This document shows positions 1 through 11,556 of a stretch of DNA of 64,000 nt, piece by piece. The notes beneath the pieces are model-generated. The model was given only the letters and a program-made list of their open reading frames with translations. It was not told the DNA's origin and ran no database searches. The position numbers and the translations under genes are program-made. Source of the DNA: Chlorokybus atmophyticus (lineage: Eukaryota > Plantae > Mesostigma and Chlorokybus algae). How positions within the stretch are numbered: position 1 is the first letter of the stretch; every line of letters starts with the position of its first letter. The stretch covers positions 1,558,190 to 1,622,189 of the forward strand of contig RHPI01000810.1 in the NCBI GenBank assembly GCA_009103225.1, in the 5' to 3' direction.

Positions 1-1
1 G

Positions 2-616
2 TGCACACGTCCCGATGTTGAACATGCTGTGGGAGTACTTGCTCGCTATATGTCTGCACCGAGCATGGAGCACTGAAGAGCAGCGAAAGGAGTACTACGC
101 TATGTTAATAAGAGCGCAACAGTTGGCATCAAGTTTGGGAATGGGAGCACTCAATTGGAGGGGTGTTGCGACTCGGACTTTGCTGGTGACCTCGACAGCA
201 GTAGGTCCACAACAGGCTACGTGTTCAAGATAAACGGAAGCGTCGTGAGCTGCAACAGCAGGCTACAACCCACTATTGCAGCATCTACATCAGAGGCTGA
301 GCACATGGCAGCGGCAGCAGCTGTGAATGAGGCACTTTGGCTTTGCAAGCTTGTGGCAGACCTGGAGCACCCTATCGCGTGCGTCGTCATCAACTGTGAC
401 AACCAAGGAGCCATCAAGTTTTTGAAGACATCCCGTTGCCTCGGCGAGGATGAAGCACATTGATGTTATGCATCACTTTATGCGAGACAGGGTTACATGG
501 AGAGAGGTGGAGTTCCAGTACGGTAATACTGAGACATGCTGGCGGACTTCATGACAAAGCCATTGTCACCACTCAAGTTCAAGACTTGTTGTGCAGGACT
601 TGGCATCTGTGTTTAA
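2..616 (+). pseudogene. Ty1/copia pol 3' end (RT C-terminus + RNase H), disrupted
   Basis: Frame 2 reads CTRPDVEHAVGVLARYMSAPSMEH*RAAKGVLRY...CDSDFAGDLDSSRSTTGYVF...STSEAEHMA...CDNQGAI. After frameshifts it continues KHIDVMHHFMRDRV...MLADFMTKPL...GLGICV*. These are canonical copia RT/RNase H motifs, with one TGG>TGA stop and two frameshifts. Confidence 0.95.
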
Positions 617-658
617 CGATACAAGCAAGCGCTGGAGGTCAAGCTGCTCGCGTGGGAG

Positions 659-1091
659 TGTTGAGAGTATTCCTACATACGATCAGCATCGACCCTCCAC
701 ACAGGAGTAGAAGTTCGTAAGGGCGAGCACTAGGTCCGGACTTAGCAAGACGGCACCGTCGGATCAGACTCCGGACTCCAGACTGGAGCCTTACTAGCTG
801 CTTCGTATCTCCGCGTATACTTGCTCATATTAGGCGTGTGAGAACTTGTTGGAAAGCTTTAATTGTAAAAAACAGCGCAGCTTCAGGCGAGTCAAAAGGC
901 TGAGTATAGCTTACGCAGTGCTTGCAAATGTAGACTCTCGTCGGACGCGTATGTAACTAGCTAATATAAGAAGCAGCGGACAACTTTTCATAGGTGAATG
1001 TGATGTGACTTGTGTATGCTCTGGTGGCGGTAGCTCTGTCTGTGTGTGTCCATGCTTGCCTCAGCTACATGTGCATGCTAGTTTTTCAACA
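659..1091 (+). mobile_element. Copia 3' LTR, preceded by a polypurine tract at 650-658
   Basis: GCGTGGGAG is followed directly by TGTTGA at 659, and the segment closes with the inverted TCAACA at 1086-1091. A TATA-like TAATATAAG lies near 962. The partner LTR is not in the window. Confidence 0.75.
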
Positions 1092-1867
1092 CAAGTTTCA
1101 TTTCAAGATGCGACAGCAAGCGATGAAGAACAAAGACTGGCTCAGATGAGATTTCCACGCTGCTGCTCAATAATTTGACCACAAAGCACACGATGTCTAA
1201 AAGTCTGTTGCTGAACCGCATCGAGTCGATGGCTATGGCGAGCTCGCCACCATATCATATGCGCCACTGCACAGTCCAGCAACCGTTGTTCTACTTGCTA
1301 CACTAGCTACAGCACCGGCTTGTCCATAGCTGCAGCCATCAAGAGGGCAGAGGAGGAGGCGCCGGAGTTAGTGATCGTCAACCTGACCCCCGCAGGGATT
1401 GAGACCAAAACGGTCGCACGGCAGGCCTAGATCCTAAACCGTTCTGCTGCTATAGTTGAAGAACAACGGGCTGCAGTCGTTGAGATGGGCACGCCTTTAC
1501 GTATGGCAACACATGGCTCTCGTGCTAGAGGCAGTGCTTTCGCCCTCGGGTAAGTTGCATTGCGCGCATCAGCCATCATCATGAATGATTGTAGGTGCTG
1601 CCATCTCTGATTCTCCACTCAAGGACCTATACGCTGCACTTCGTCGCACCTTCCCACCTCAGACCACCAGCAAAGGGAGGAGCTGAAACGGTTTCGACGC
1701 AAGCCCAACAAGGACCCTCTACGCCTGTACTCTAGACTGCAAGGTCTATGGAAGGACACTGACTACAAGATCGTTAATGAGGCTGCTGCTGCAGTGGTGG
1801 TATGTCAATAATTTGGACTCAACCTTAAGTGAGACAACACGCCTGACCCTGAACTATAGCAGGCCCC

Positions 1868-2443
1868 TTGGCTACACACTCAAGGACGCCTTCGAGATTG
1901 CACAAAGCCATCCACAAACGCTTAATGTATGAGAAGGCATTGCTGGACACCAACAGCAGTGCCTTACGGCCTGTAGCCAGCACAACTGCTGAGCCTCCTC
2001 GCCACGAACGTGGCCGGGACGCTTTACCAGCACGCGACAAAGGGAAACGAGCTCATACTGCTTTGTCTGCCCCTGTGCTGTGTCATCGCTGTGGACGGCA
2101 TGGGCACTACCAACAGGAGTGCATCGAAAAGTACTCAAATGTGGTTTGCGAGCATTGACACAAGACAGGTCACTTGGAATTAATCTGCTGGCTCAAGTTC
2201 CCTGAGTTGAGAGTTGCCAGCAGCTACAGCAACAACTACTCTGGTGGCTACAACCACAACAACACTGGAGGCCACAATGGCAACAACTCTGGTGGCTACA
2301 ACAGCAACAACACCGAAGGCCATAACGGCAACAACTCCGGTGGCTACAATAGCAACCACACTGCAGGCCATAACAACGATAACAACTATGCTAACGCTCG
2401 CAAGGAAGAGCAAAGATACAGGAGGAAGAATCGTCCTCCTTAG
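1868..2443 (+). pseudogene. Ty3/gypsy gag remnant with CCHC knuckle and Gly/Asn-rich repeats
   Basis: CHRCGRHGHYQQEC zinc knuckle, followed by three ~48-bp repeats encoding NNSGGYNSNNTEGHNG-like units. Confidence 0.75.
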
Positions 2444-4164
2444 TGCAAAGGACTGGAAAGACGTCCGTGCGCTATTGCCGCCAAGGCTCCAGCTAACCAA
2501 TGACTATATTGCTGCCCTCATGTCACAGATGGCACGCTTGAAGGAAGATCAGGAGCAGGACTACCGCGCCTGCTTCAGTGCCCATCAGGCACTGATGGCT
2601 CATAAGCGTGTGAGAGACATGAGCACTTCGTCACGCGCTCATCCATCCCGACGAGCATGAGGGAAAGCCGCAGCATCGTCAAGAGCTACCTTCCCTAAAA
2701 CCACCAGTGGTGCTGCATCAGCAGCAACAGCCACACCGGCTATAACGTCGACTCCATCAACGTCAGCAGCAACTACTGTAGTTGCTGCTGAAGTTGGTAC
2801 ACTAGTGGGCACCGTGACGCCAACACCGGTGAGCACAATGGCAACAGCCACTGCTATCACCGACTCTGCAGCAGTAGATCGCACCGGTCCCGCTCCAGCT
2901 GTATGAGCACCTGTGTCAGCAGCATTGAGACCACTCTCGCGCCACTGACCATGGCATTATCGCAACCACTATAAGTGCCATCGTCAAGTCCGCTGCCACT
3001 GCAGCGATGCGCGCAGCTACGTTGCCCGCCGCCGACGTCACTCAAGCTGTCCCGCGAGGTCAGCAAGCTGAGCGCGCATGGAAGACCATCGTGCGTGCAG
3101 CAGACCCCACTACCATTGTTTCTGGTCAAAGAGGAGAGCGCACCACGTGCATTGAACGCAGTGATCGCGCTTTCCCCTTGCATGAATATCACACCCTATC
3201 GGAGCAGACGCAGCGACATCTAGAGGATAAGATCCTTGCCGGCACGACGCCTTTCGTTGGACTTTAGGACCAGGTTTAGCCGTCCTAGACTCCAGTCAGC
3301 TTAATCTAGCTAAGTACTCATGACTTTCTTACTTAGTAGACTTCAGTCTTGACCGTTTTGTTGGAAACCGTCAGTCTTAACAGTTTAGACCGTTTAAGAC
3401 TGTTGTTGGGTCTTATGCTGACTAGAGCCACCTTGTATACTGTTTTAAGGTTGTATACCAAGTTCTTTGTAGTGTTAACCGTTACTGGGTATAAGGGGAC
3501 GCCCACACACGTTTAACATGGTTCACTTTGCTTGTGCTTAAGTTTGGTGGCGGCGGAAGCCTTGGCTTGGACGTGGTTTGGACTGGTCTGGTCTGGCGTG
3601 GTCTAGTTTGGTCTTTTTTGCTTGCATAGACGGTTTAAGGGTGTTGTGTTGTGTCTACGCCTAGGAAGCTTGCACCTCAACACCTTTTATGTGAGACCGT
3701 GTCTTTGTGGTCATCTATAGAACATCTGTTGTGCTAGAGTTGACCCTGCAGCTATTTTGGACCTTGCATGACAATATGCAGACCGCGCCACGCCAGCCCG
3801 CACGAGTCCGTCACGAGCCTTTCGAGCCAAGTCCGCTGAACACGTTTTGAGATCGGCACCCAACGTGCAGCAGCACATCAGTGATGCAGTTGACATGCCT
3901 TTAGGTACCGATGAAGCACTGAGGACCCTCACTACTCCTCGGCTCCACGAGCGCTACACCGATCTGAACAAGCGTTCACTTGGCGGCAGGACCAAACTGC
4001 AGCCATCAATGCACGAGCGCAAGCCCTTGCCGCTGCTAATGCTTTCGTTCCTCAACCAACAATCGCTGGCCCATCGTCCAGCACGACACTTCTCGCTATC
4101 GAGACCGAAATTGACAAGGCGAGGGCGCTGGCCCAACAAACCAGGGGGGTGATCGCCCCGTTCC

Positions 4165-7100
4165 ATGCTGACCGACAGTCAGCAATGCCAATTGTTAGGA
4201 CGCGCCATGGATCAGAACAGCATGGTATGGTTATTGACAATGTGCTTCGCTCTCCAAGACCGCCATGTGTCCTTCCAGGAGCTCGAACACCTGGCAGGGG
4301 GGTGGGCCGATCGCGTGCAAGAGACCAAAGCGGCACACACTGACCTCGAAATTGCCCACATGGAGGAGCAGGCAGCAGTCACTGTGGAGGACATCCCAGT
4401 GGTCGCCACCTCTTGGTCCCATGCCATTGAACCACTGGCTACATGACAGACGCGAGAACAACTGGAGGCTCTCCTCAACAAGTGGAGAAGTCAGTTCAGT
4501 TTCAGCGTAAGGGAATTGGGTGTTTGCTCAGTTTACCAGATGGACATCGAGTTGGTGGACACTAAACCGGTGTTTCGACGACAGTATCGTCTCTCCAAGT
4601 TGAAAGAAGACTTGGTGGAGCAGAGGTGCAAGGCTCTGCTAGATGCAGGCCTGATTGAGGATTCCACACCGGACTTTGCGGCCGTGATCGTTATGCCCCT
4701 GAAGAAGGATTCAGCAGGCAACTGGACAGACCGGCGCAAGTGCGGCGACTATCGCCCCCTCAACAACAAGATCAAACAAGACAGGTATCCAATGCCTACT
4801 GCAGAGGGTATCTTTGTTGATGTAGGAGACTGCACCGTCTTCAGCATCCTGGATATGCGATAAGGGTACAACCACATCGCCATCAAGGAGGAGGACAAGC
4901 ACAAGACCTCTTTCTGGGGCAACCGGCAGCTCTACCAGTGGAAGGTCATGCCCTTCGGACTGAAGAACGCTCCTGCCAAGTTCCAGCGCGTCATGGACAA
5001 AGCCTTGAAGGGGCTGGACTCCGCCCGATGCTATACTGACGACATTCTCATCTTCAGTTGCAGTAACGACGAGCACCTGCAGCACATCGAGGAAGCGCTG
5101 GAGAGACTCAAGGGGGTGGGGATGACAGTGCACCCCGACAAGTGCACCTTCTTCACTCGCAAGGTACCCTACCTAGGGCACATGATTGTGCCCCACGGTG
5201 TGTACGTACAGCAGGCAAAGGTGGAGGCTTTGGCGGCTATCCCTGCTCCCACAAACCTTATGCGTCTGCGTGCCTTTCTGAGCCTTGCAAACTATCATCG
5301 CCGGTTCGTGAAGAACTTCGCAAAGATCGCGCGACCCCTCAACGAGCTCGTGAAGAATGAGGTGGAGTTTGCGTGGAAGGGCCCACAGCAGCAGGCGTTT
5401 GAGGAGCTAAAGGGCAGGCTCACCACCGCTCCCATCCTGCAACGTCCTGACTACAACAAGCCCTTCATCCTCCACACCAACTGGAGCAAGCTTGGGATGG
5501 GGGCTGTGCTGGTACAGCACGATGAGAACAAGAAGGAGCGGGTGGTGTCGCACGCCAGCCGAAGCAACAACAGCGCTGAGGCCAACTACAGCAGCTACGA
5601 GGGGGAGTGCTTCGCTGCAGTATGGGCTATCTCCTTCTTCAGACCTTTCCTTTTTGGTCGACAATTTCAGCTGATCACCGATTATCAGCCACTCAAGTGG
5701 TTGATGACCAACCAACATCTGACAGGGGAAACTTGCTCGCTGGGCCCTGTTGCTGCAGGAGTATGACTTCGAGATCGACCACCGCGCCAGCCTCACCAAC
5801 TAGGACGCTGATGGCCTCAATTGTAACCCTCACCGCAGTACCAACAATGCAACGGGCTCGGCACGAGCTCGGCCCCACAGCAGCAACTCCCACTTTGGCG
5901 GCCATGTTTGCTGTTGCCGCGTTACGGTCAGGGCGCCAGATCAACACCACCTCAATGACAGAGGAGGTTCCTGCCCTTGAGTCTACCGACCCCATAGTAA
6001 CCACACCCCTAAGGGACGTCCATGCGGTCGACATCGAAGTCGACGACACCGAGCTGGCACCCACCGATACCAGGCAGGACATATGGCTGGACAAGCCATC
6101 ACTCTCCTTCCTTCAAAGTGGCCAGCTTCCCTCCAATATGAGTGCACGAGAGAAAGATCGTGTCAGTTAGCGCACCCGCCACGATCGGTGGGCGGATGAC
6201 AACGTGTACCGCCGCGTTCAGGACGAGGACAAGGAGGTGCCAACATCAGCCACACGCGAGGGCATCATCGCTGCCCTCCACACGGAGCTTGAACACTTCG
6301 GCGTCAAGCGTACCGTCAACCTGGTAAGGGCGCAATATTGGTGGTATGGGCTGTCCAAACAGGTGCAGGGGTTCGTTAGTTGCTGCCAGCAGTGTGACAT
6401 GGTACGCGTCAGCCTCACACGCAGCGCCACCTTGCACCCTCTGTCCATCTCTGGGCTATTCTATTGCTGAGGACTCGACATCTTGGGAGACTTGGCACCC
6501 TCGGCGCGGGGCAACCGCTACATCCTGGTCATGATCGAGCACTTCTTCAAATGGGTGGAGCTGGTGCCATTACCCGACAAGAGCAGCAGGGGGGGGCTCA
6601 AGCTTTCCTCTCCCATGTCCTCAGCCGGTTCGACAGCTGCGCTGCGGTCATCACCGACCAGGGCACTGAGTTCAGAGGGGAGTTCGACACCCTGCTGGAC
6701 AGATGCTACATCAATTATCACCATATTTCGTGTGACCACCCTCAAGCCGACGGTCTCGCCGAGCGGACGGTGCAGACGATCAAAAAGGCACTGCAAGTAC
6801 GTGCTGGATTATGAGAAGAACACCTGGGACGACCACCTTCCGTGGGTGGCTCTTGGCTACCAATTGTCGAAGCAGGCGGCTCTGCGCGAGTACAGCCCAT
6901 ACTACTTGCTGTTCGGGCGTCCGCCGTTGCTTTCCTTTCGTGCACATCAGGAAGTAGACCGTGTGGTGAACAACCTAGACGATCCCGACTGGATGCACCA
7001 CGACATCACCACACGTGCCACGCTGTTCAAGCACACCGTCTCAATGGCCTTTCACAACCAGCGCATCGCATTGCATCGTGACACTCTGCGCTACGAGTGC

Positions 7101-7530
7101 GTGCGGAGCGGCTTCTACAAGGAGCGCCTATGGCGGTTTCAAGCAGGTGACTTTGCCTACCGCATGGCAGCCATCAAGGACACGCTCGACACCTCCGTGG
7201 GCCGCACCGTCTACAAGGTACTCAAGGTGTACCCCATAGGAGTGCTGGACCTTCTTGGTCAGAATGGCGAGAGGTTGAAAGACAATATGTTGAACTGCGC
7301 ACCATGTCACCTCCCTTACATAGCAGGCTTTGCGTGCATCCAGCACCTTCGCCCCGCCCGCAGCACACTGTAAACGCTGCGGCAGCGCCGGCAATGACGC
7401 ACTTATGATGCTCTGCGATGGCTGTAACAAGGGCCTGCATTGCTACCTGGAGCCCCCATTTGACGCAATACCCATGGAGGAGTTCTGGTGCGACAATTGC
7501 CGCACCAACGGTCCTCCTCACCCGCATTAA
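4165..7530 (+). pseudogene. Ty3/gypsy pol (RT-RNase H-integrase-PHD), disrupted
   Basis: RT: RKCGDYRPLN, FSILDMR*GYNHI, MPFGLKNAPAKFQRVMD, YTDDILIFS. RNase H: ILHTNWSKLGMGAVL, YSSYEGECFAAVWAI. Integrase: HTELEHFG...CQQC zinc finger and core (DQGTEF, HPQADGLAER). C-terminal PHD: CKRC...MLCDGCNKGLHC...WCDNC. Several stops and frameshifts; no protease motif recognised. Confidence 0.95.
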
Positions 7531-7568
7531 CAGCTGAGCCCTGAAGCTGGTACCTCCCTAGAAGCTCA

Positions 7569-7808
7569 GGGGGGGGGGGGGGGGGGGGGGNATACAGCAT
7601 GTACATTAAGGAAGACACGGCCTCCACATGTCCGTATGACTTAGCAACAGTGGAGGGGCTCCACCAAGCATTCCTCGCCATACAAGCTGGGTTATCTTTT
7701 ACTTTTGCCACATGTTATAACATGTTGCAGCAGCAGGGCGAGCAAGCATGACTTTCCCTGCAGCGGCCCGAGACAGTGCGACCCTCGACTTCCCCCGACC
7801 CAACAGCT
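7569..7808 (+). mobile_element. Gypsy polypurine tract (poly-G) and 5' part of the probable 3' LTR
   Basis: A G-run follows pol directly and is followed by a segment (7596-7808) that recurs at 8419-8629. The downstream end of the LTR is not defined, and there is an N at 7591. Confidence 0.6.
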
Positions 7809-8418
7809 GTCATGCCTAGTGCCCACACGTCATACCAGCCTTCATCGGGCATGTCTACATCAAAACCGTCGCCCGGCCTACCAACATACCAACGCTCTCG
7901 CGTCCCTGACCAGTAGTTAGGTCATGACTTCAGGGTAGCTCACCACCATAGCCTACATAGGCACCGCGCGTAGCTGTTCAGTTGTGAGTTCAGTTATAAG
8001 TTGAGTTTTATATCGAGTGACAATCGCTGTGGAAACAGCCTCGATATGACCGTTAGCTTATGTTCTGAACAATTATCATTTGACTTGTACAAGTAGTCAC
8101 AGTGTTCACCGGATCAGCTGATGACACTGTGAGTGAGAAAGCTGAGAGCTTGTGAAACGACTTGAACTACGAACACGCCATCCCGGTTACCAAGAACCCC
8201 CTCACTGTGTGAGAGCCTGTGCATGCTCGTGTGTGCATCGTGCTTGTCATCGCTGTGGGCCTGGTGTGCCTGGTTGCAGAGTGCTTGTTGCATAGTATCC
8301 ACGTGTTTCTTGCTCATTCACCTCACTTGACAGTGTAACACATTTTCCGCTCATGCAAAGAACTGTGTAAACAGCACTACCTATAGTAGTGGCCTGTTGA
8401 CTGTGTGTCCTACAGTAA

Positions 8419-8629
8419 AGCATGTACACAAAGGAAGACGCCGCCTGCACATGTCCGTATGACTCAGCAACAGGAGCGGCTCCACCAAGCATTCCTCGCC
8501 ATACCAGCTCAGTTATCTTTTACTTTTGCCACATGTTATAACATGTTGCAGCAGCATGGCGAGCAAGCATGACTTTCCCTGCAGCGGCCTGAGACAGTGT
8601 GACCCTCGACTTCCCCCAACCCGACAACT
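8419..8629 (+). repeat. Diverged direct repeat of 7596-7808 (truncated LTR-like copy)
   Basis: Shared blocks such as CACATGTCCGTATGACT, CTCCACCAAGCATTCCTCGCCATAC and GTTATCTTTTACTTTTGCCACATGTTATAACATGTTGCAGCAGCA. Confidence 0.9.
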
Positions 8630-8634
8630 ACCGG

Positions 8635-8674
8635 TGTATGTATATATACATATATATATATGTATATGTATATG

Positions 8675-8714
<40 letters not shown>

Positions 8715-8768
8715 TATATATATATACATATACATATACATATATTTACATGCATATGTATATATATA
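8635..8768. repeat. (TA)/(TACA/TATG) compound microsatellite
   Basis: Visible TATA/CATATA runs. Confidence 0.9.
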
Positions 8769-9631
8769 CCGCGGTGTTTATGTATATTTAATTATACTAC
8801 TCGCATCCAAAAGATAAAGGTGAAGGTGGATTTTACCACTATAAAAGTGACTTGGGGAGGGAGACTTTGTTCGACTTGCCGTTTTGTCCAATCACATCGC
8901 GAGATTACCAGGCGGATGTTAGCATTATGCGCCCTGCGTCACCTGCTAGCGCAAGGTTGGTTGCGGAGTTCGGGTCAAGTCTTTACATGTTTACCTCATG
9001 TGCTACCACGGTTTACCAATTATTATACATGCAAGTCGCAGCCTTTTACTTGCTTGCCGCGCGGCCTGCTACTAGCAGGCCGTGGGGCAAGCCATGATTA
9101 GGCCGCGGGGTTGAACCGGCAATTTGGCAATGATGAGGTCGTAAAGTTATTATGGTTTGTAATAATGGAAGGATCAATCCCAGCGTTTTGAGTTAGTTAA
9201 GTATGAAGTCTCGTATCGTTGATGGAACCGGTCACAATTTCAATGATAATGTGTACAGCTTTAGCATGCAACCTGAATGCATTTTAATGTAATCGTCGAA
9301 TCCTCAATTGCGTTAAGGAGTAAAGACGCATTGTTAACAAATTAGTTACAACTGTAATTGCGATTTGGAGAAGTCTTTCCCATGGCCTGAACCCTTAATT
9401 ACGTAAACACCGAATCCTCAACGTTGTTACGGATCCGGTACTTACGATCGTCACCGGCGGATTGCCATTGGTGACAGGTCGCAATAAATTTCCGGCTGCA
9501 ACTACAACATATATACGAATCCGCAATAAAATTTTGCGAAATCCGCAAATAGTGTCCGGCTTCATTCATTACAAAGTTGCGGATCCAACCTGATTTGCCG
9601 AAACCCATTTCTACCGGAGCAGGAATGCCAT

Positions 9632-11195
9632 TTGTCGCAAGGCAGTATGAAAGATTACATAGCACATCTGATGCAAACCAGTATCCTCAGTAGGCTGGCG
9701 AACTCAATCGTGCGCTCTATACATGTGGTCTTTAATACGCCCAGATACCAGTCTGGTGTCAAGTCCTCGTTGCAACATACGCGTGACGAAGCGGTGGCAT
9801 CCTCAAGCAGTAGCCTCAACCTGGACACTGAACTGCCCAAGTCATGGCGTGATGTACTCAAGGATCGCAGTCTCAAGCAATCCTTGTGCGAGCTGAAAAC
9901 GGAGCACGTACCCACCATGGTGGCTCCGCACTTAAGGCTGGATCATGAGGTGGTGCTGTCCGGGGGGTCGGACTTGGAGCATGTGGGGGACCAGGCGCGC
10001 GTTGTGTCGCGCAGCTGCAACAACGACTTGTTTTTCCGGTTTATTGATGAATATATATGCAATCATGGGGAAGCAGACTCCAGAGCTGGGTTCATGCACA
10101 ATAAAGCGCCATACAACAAGGATCTGCCATATCGGTGATCTTCTCACTGGACACGGATGTCACTGAAATCGGCCTGGCAGTCAGCGAGACATGAGACATG
10201 TTATTTAAAGATGTGACAGTGCAGGTGGCACAACATTCCAAGGCTGGTGCCCCCCCCCCCCCCCCNCCCCCCCCCCATTCATCAGCTTGACTAGACTGCA
10301 GCAGCATGTGCGAAGCATGCACCAGATCAACGGCATCGCTGAAGGAAAGCGAGGATGGTTGATGCTGTTGGTGTATGCTGCAACTGGATGCGACTACACG
10401 TCCTTCATTTGAGGCATATCAAAGCAGTTTCTCTGGCGCAACGTGCTTGCGCAACATGCAGCTTTCATCACGGGCAATATAACAAACGAGGAGCATGAGA
10501 TGAGCTTCTTTGTGCTAAGGCTTATACGATGTGCTTACTTTTAGAAGTACAGGTCTTCATTTCACAATGGTATGCCAGCGTCCTTGTTCTTTAAACTCCT
10601 TGGCCCTGCAGCCACCACCAGCGACAAGCGATACTTGGCATAGTGGCTAGAGGCCATTCACAAGACAGTGTGGAATAAAACAGCAACCCCACGTGATACC
10701 ATTCCCACGGCCAATGCACTATGACTGCATTCCTTGCGCACCATCTACGCCATCAATATGTGGATGCAAAGCTGCAACCAAGACATGCGTTTGCCTGAAC
10801 TTCATGAATATGGCTACCATGAGGTAGATGGTGTTTGGTAGGCGGTGAAGGATCTACCGGAGAATATGGAGACAGCCATCTCTAGGCGTAACCGTTGTAT
10901 GCATGGCTGCGGCTGCAAACCGGAGAGGTGCAACACCAGAAGATGCAAGTGCAAGAAAGCAGGCAAGTAGTGCATCGAGAGCTGATCATGCATCGGTTGC
11001 AAAAACCATGGTGCTTACAGTTCTGCGGAGGCTGGATGCAGTACACAACAACCAACAACGACACTGCCAGGATCAGTTCATGCATACCAACCTCAAGATG
11101 CAAGAGAACAGTTTAAAGGTTGGTCGTCGACCGATTCCAATGCCTCCGATCCTGAGGTGGAGGACTTGACAAACATGGACATGTACGACATCTGA
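9632..11195 (+). mobile_element. Decayed XPG/FEN1-like nuclease + Cys8 (CXC) finger region of an Academ (AcademX-type) transposase
   Basis: Across frameshifts and stops: CNHGEADSR (10058), IFSLDTDV (10150), H3TH-like TGCDYTSFI*GISK (10383), IPTANAL*LHSLRTIY..MW..LPELHEYGY, and GCGCKPERCNTRRCKCKKAGK*CIES*SCIGCKN (10903-11007). The N-terminal DDE part is not seen. Confidence 0.7.
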
Positions 11196-11241
11196 CCATC
11201 TATGCCTCATCCCACAACATGCAGTGATCAGCGCCTTATCG

Positions 11242-11493
11242 CCCACTGCGTGTGTCCTAGCCTCCTTGAGACTAATGCTGTTGTTACCTGAGACCACGCT
11301 CTCAACTCCGACGGCTACTAACCCAATCGCCTCCCAAGTCGCTGACGCCCACGACTGCTCCACCACCACCGCCGCCGCCGCCGCTGCTGCTGCCGCGGGG
11401 TCTGCAGCGCTGATACACCAATGAGTTGCGCACATAATGCAGAATAGCTTGCGCGATTGCTAGGGTCGACCTCCAAAAATAAAGGTTTGCAAC
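11242..11493 (+). repeat. Left arm of a 252-bp inverted repeat
   Basis: Reverse complement of 13762-14013; no mismatch seen by eye, and the translated ORFs match. Confidence 0.95.
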
Positions 11494-11556
11494 ACCGCCG
11501 ACATTTTTGTGTACACTGCTCACTGCAATTTCTTATTAATGGTGTCAACCTGCAGG

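Noticed and set aside
4052-7430. Antisense ORFs over gypsy pol as a REM1-style opposite-strand gene
   Set aside because: They are shadows of the sense coding frames and carry no independent motifs.
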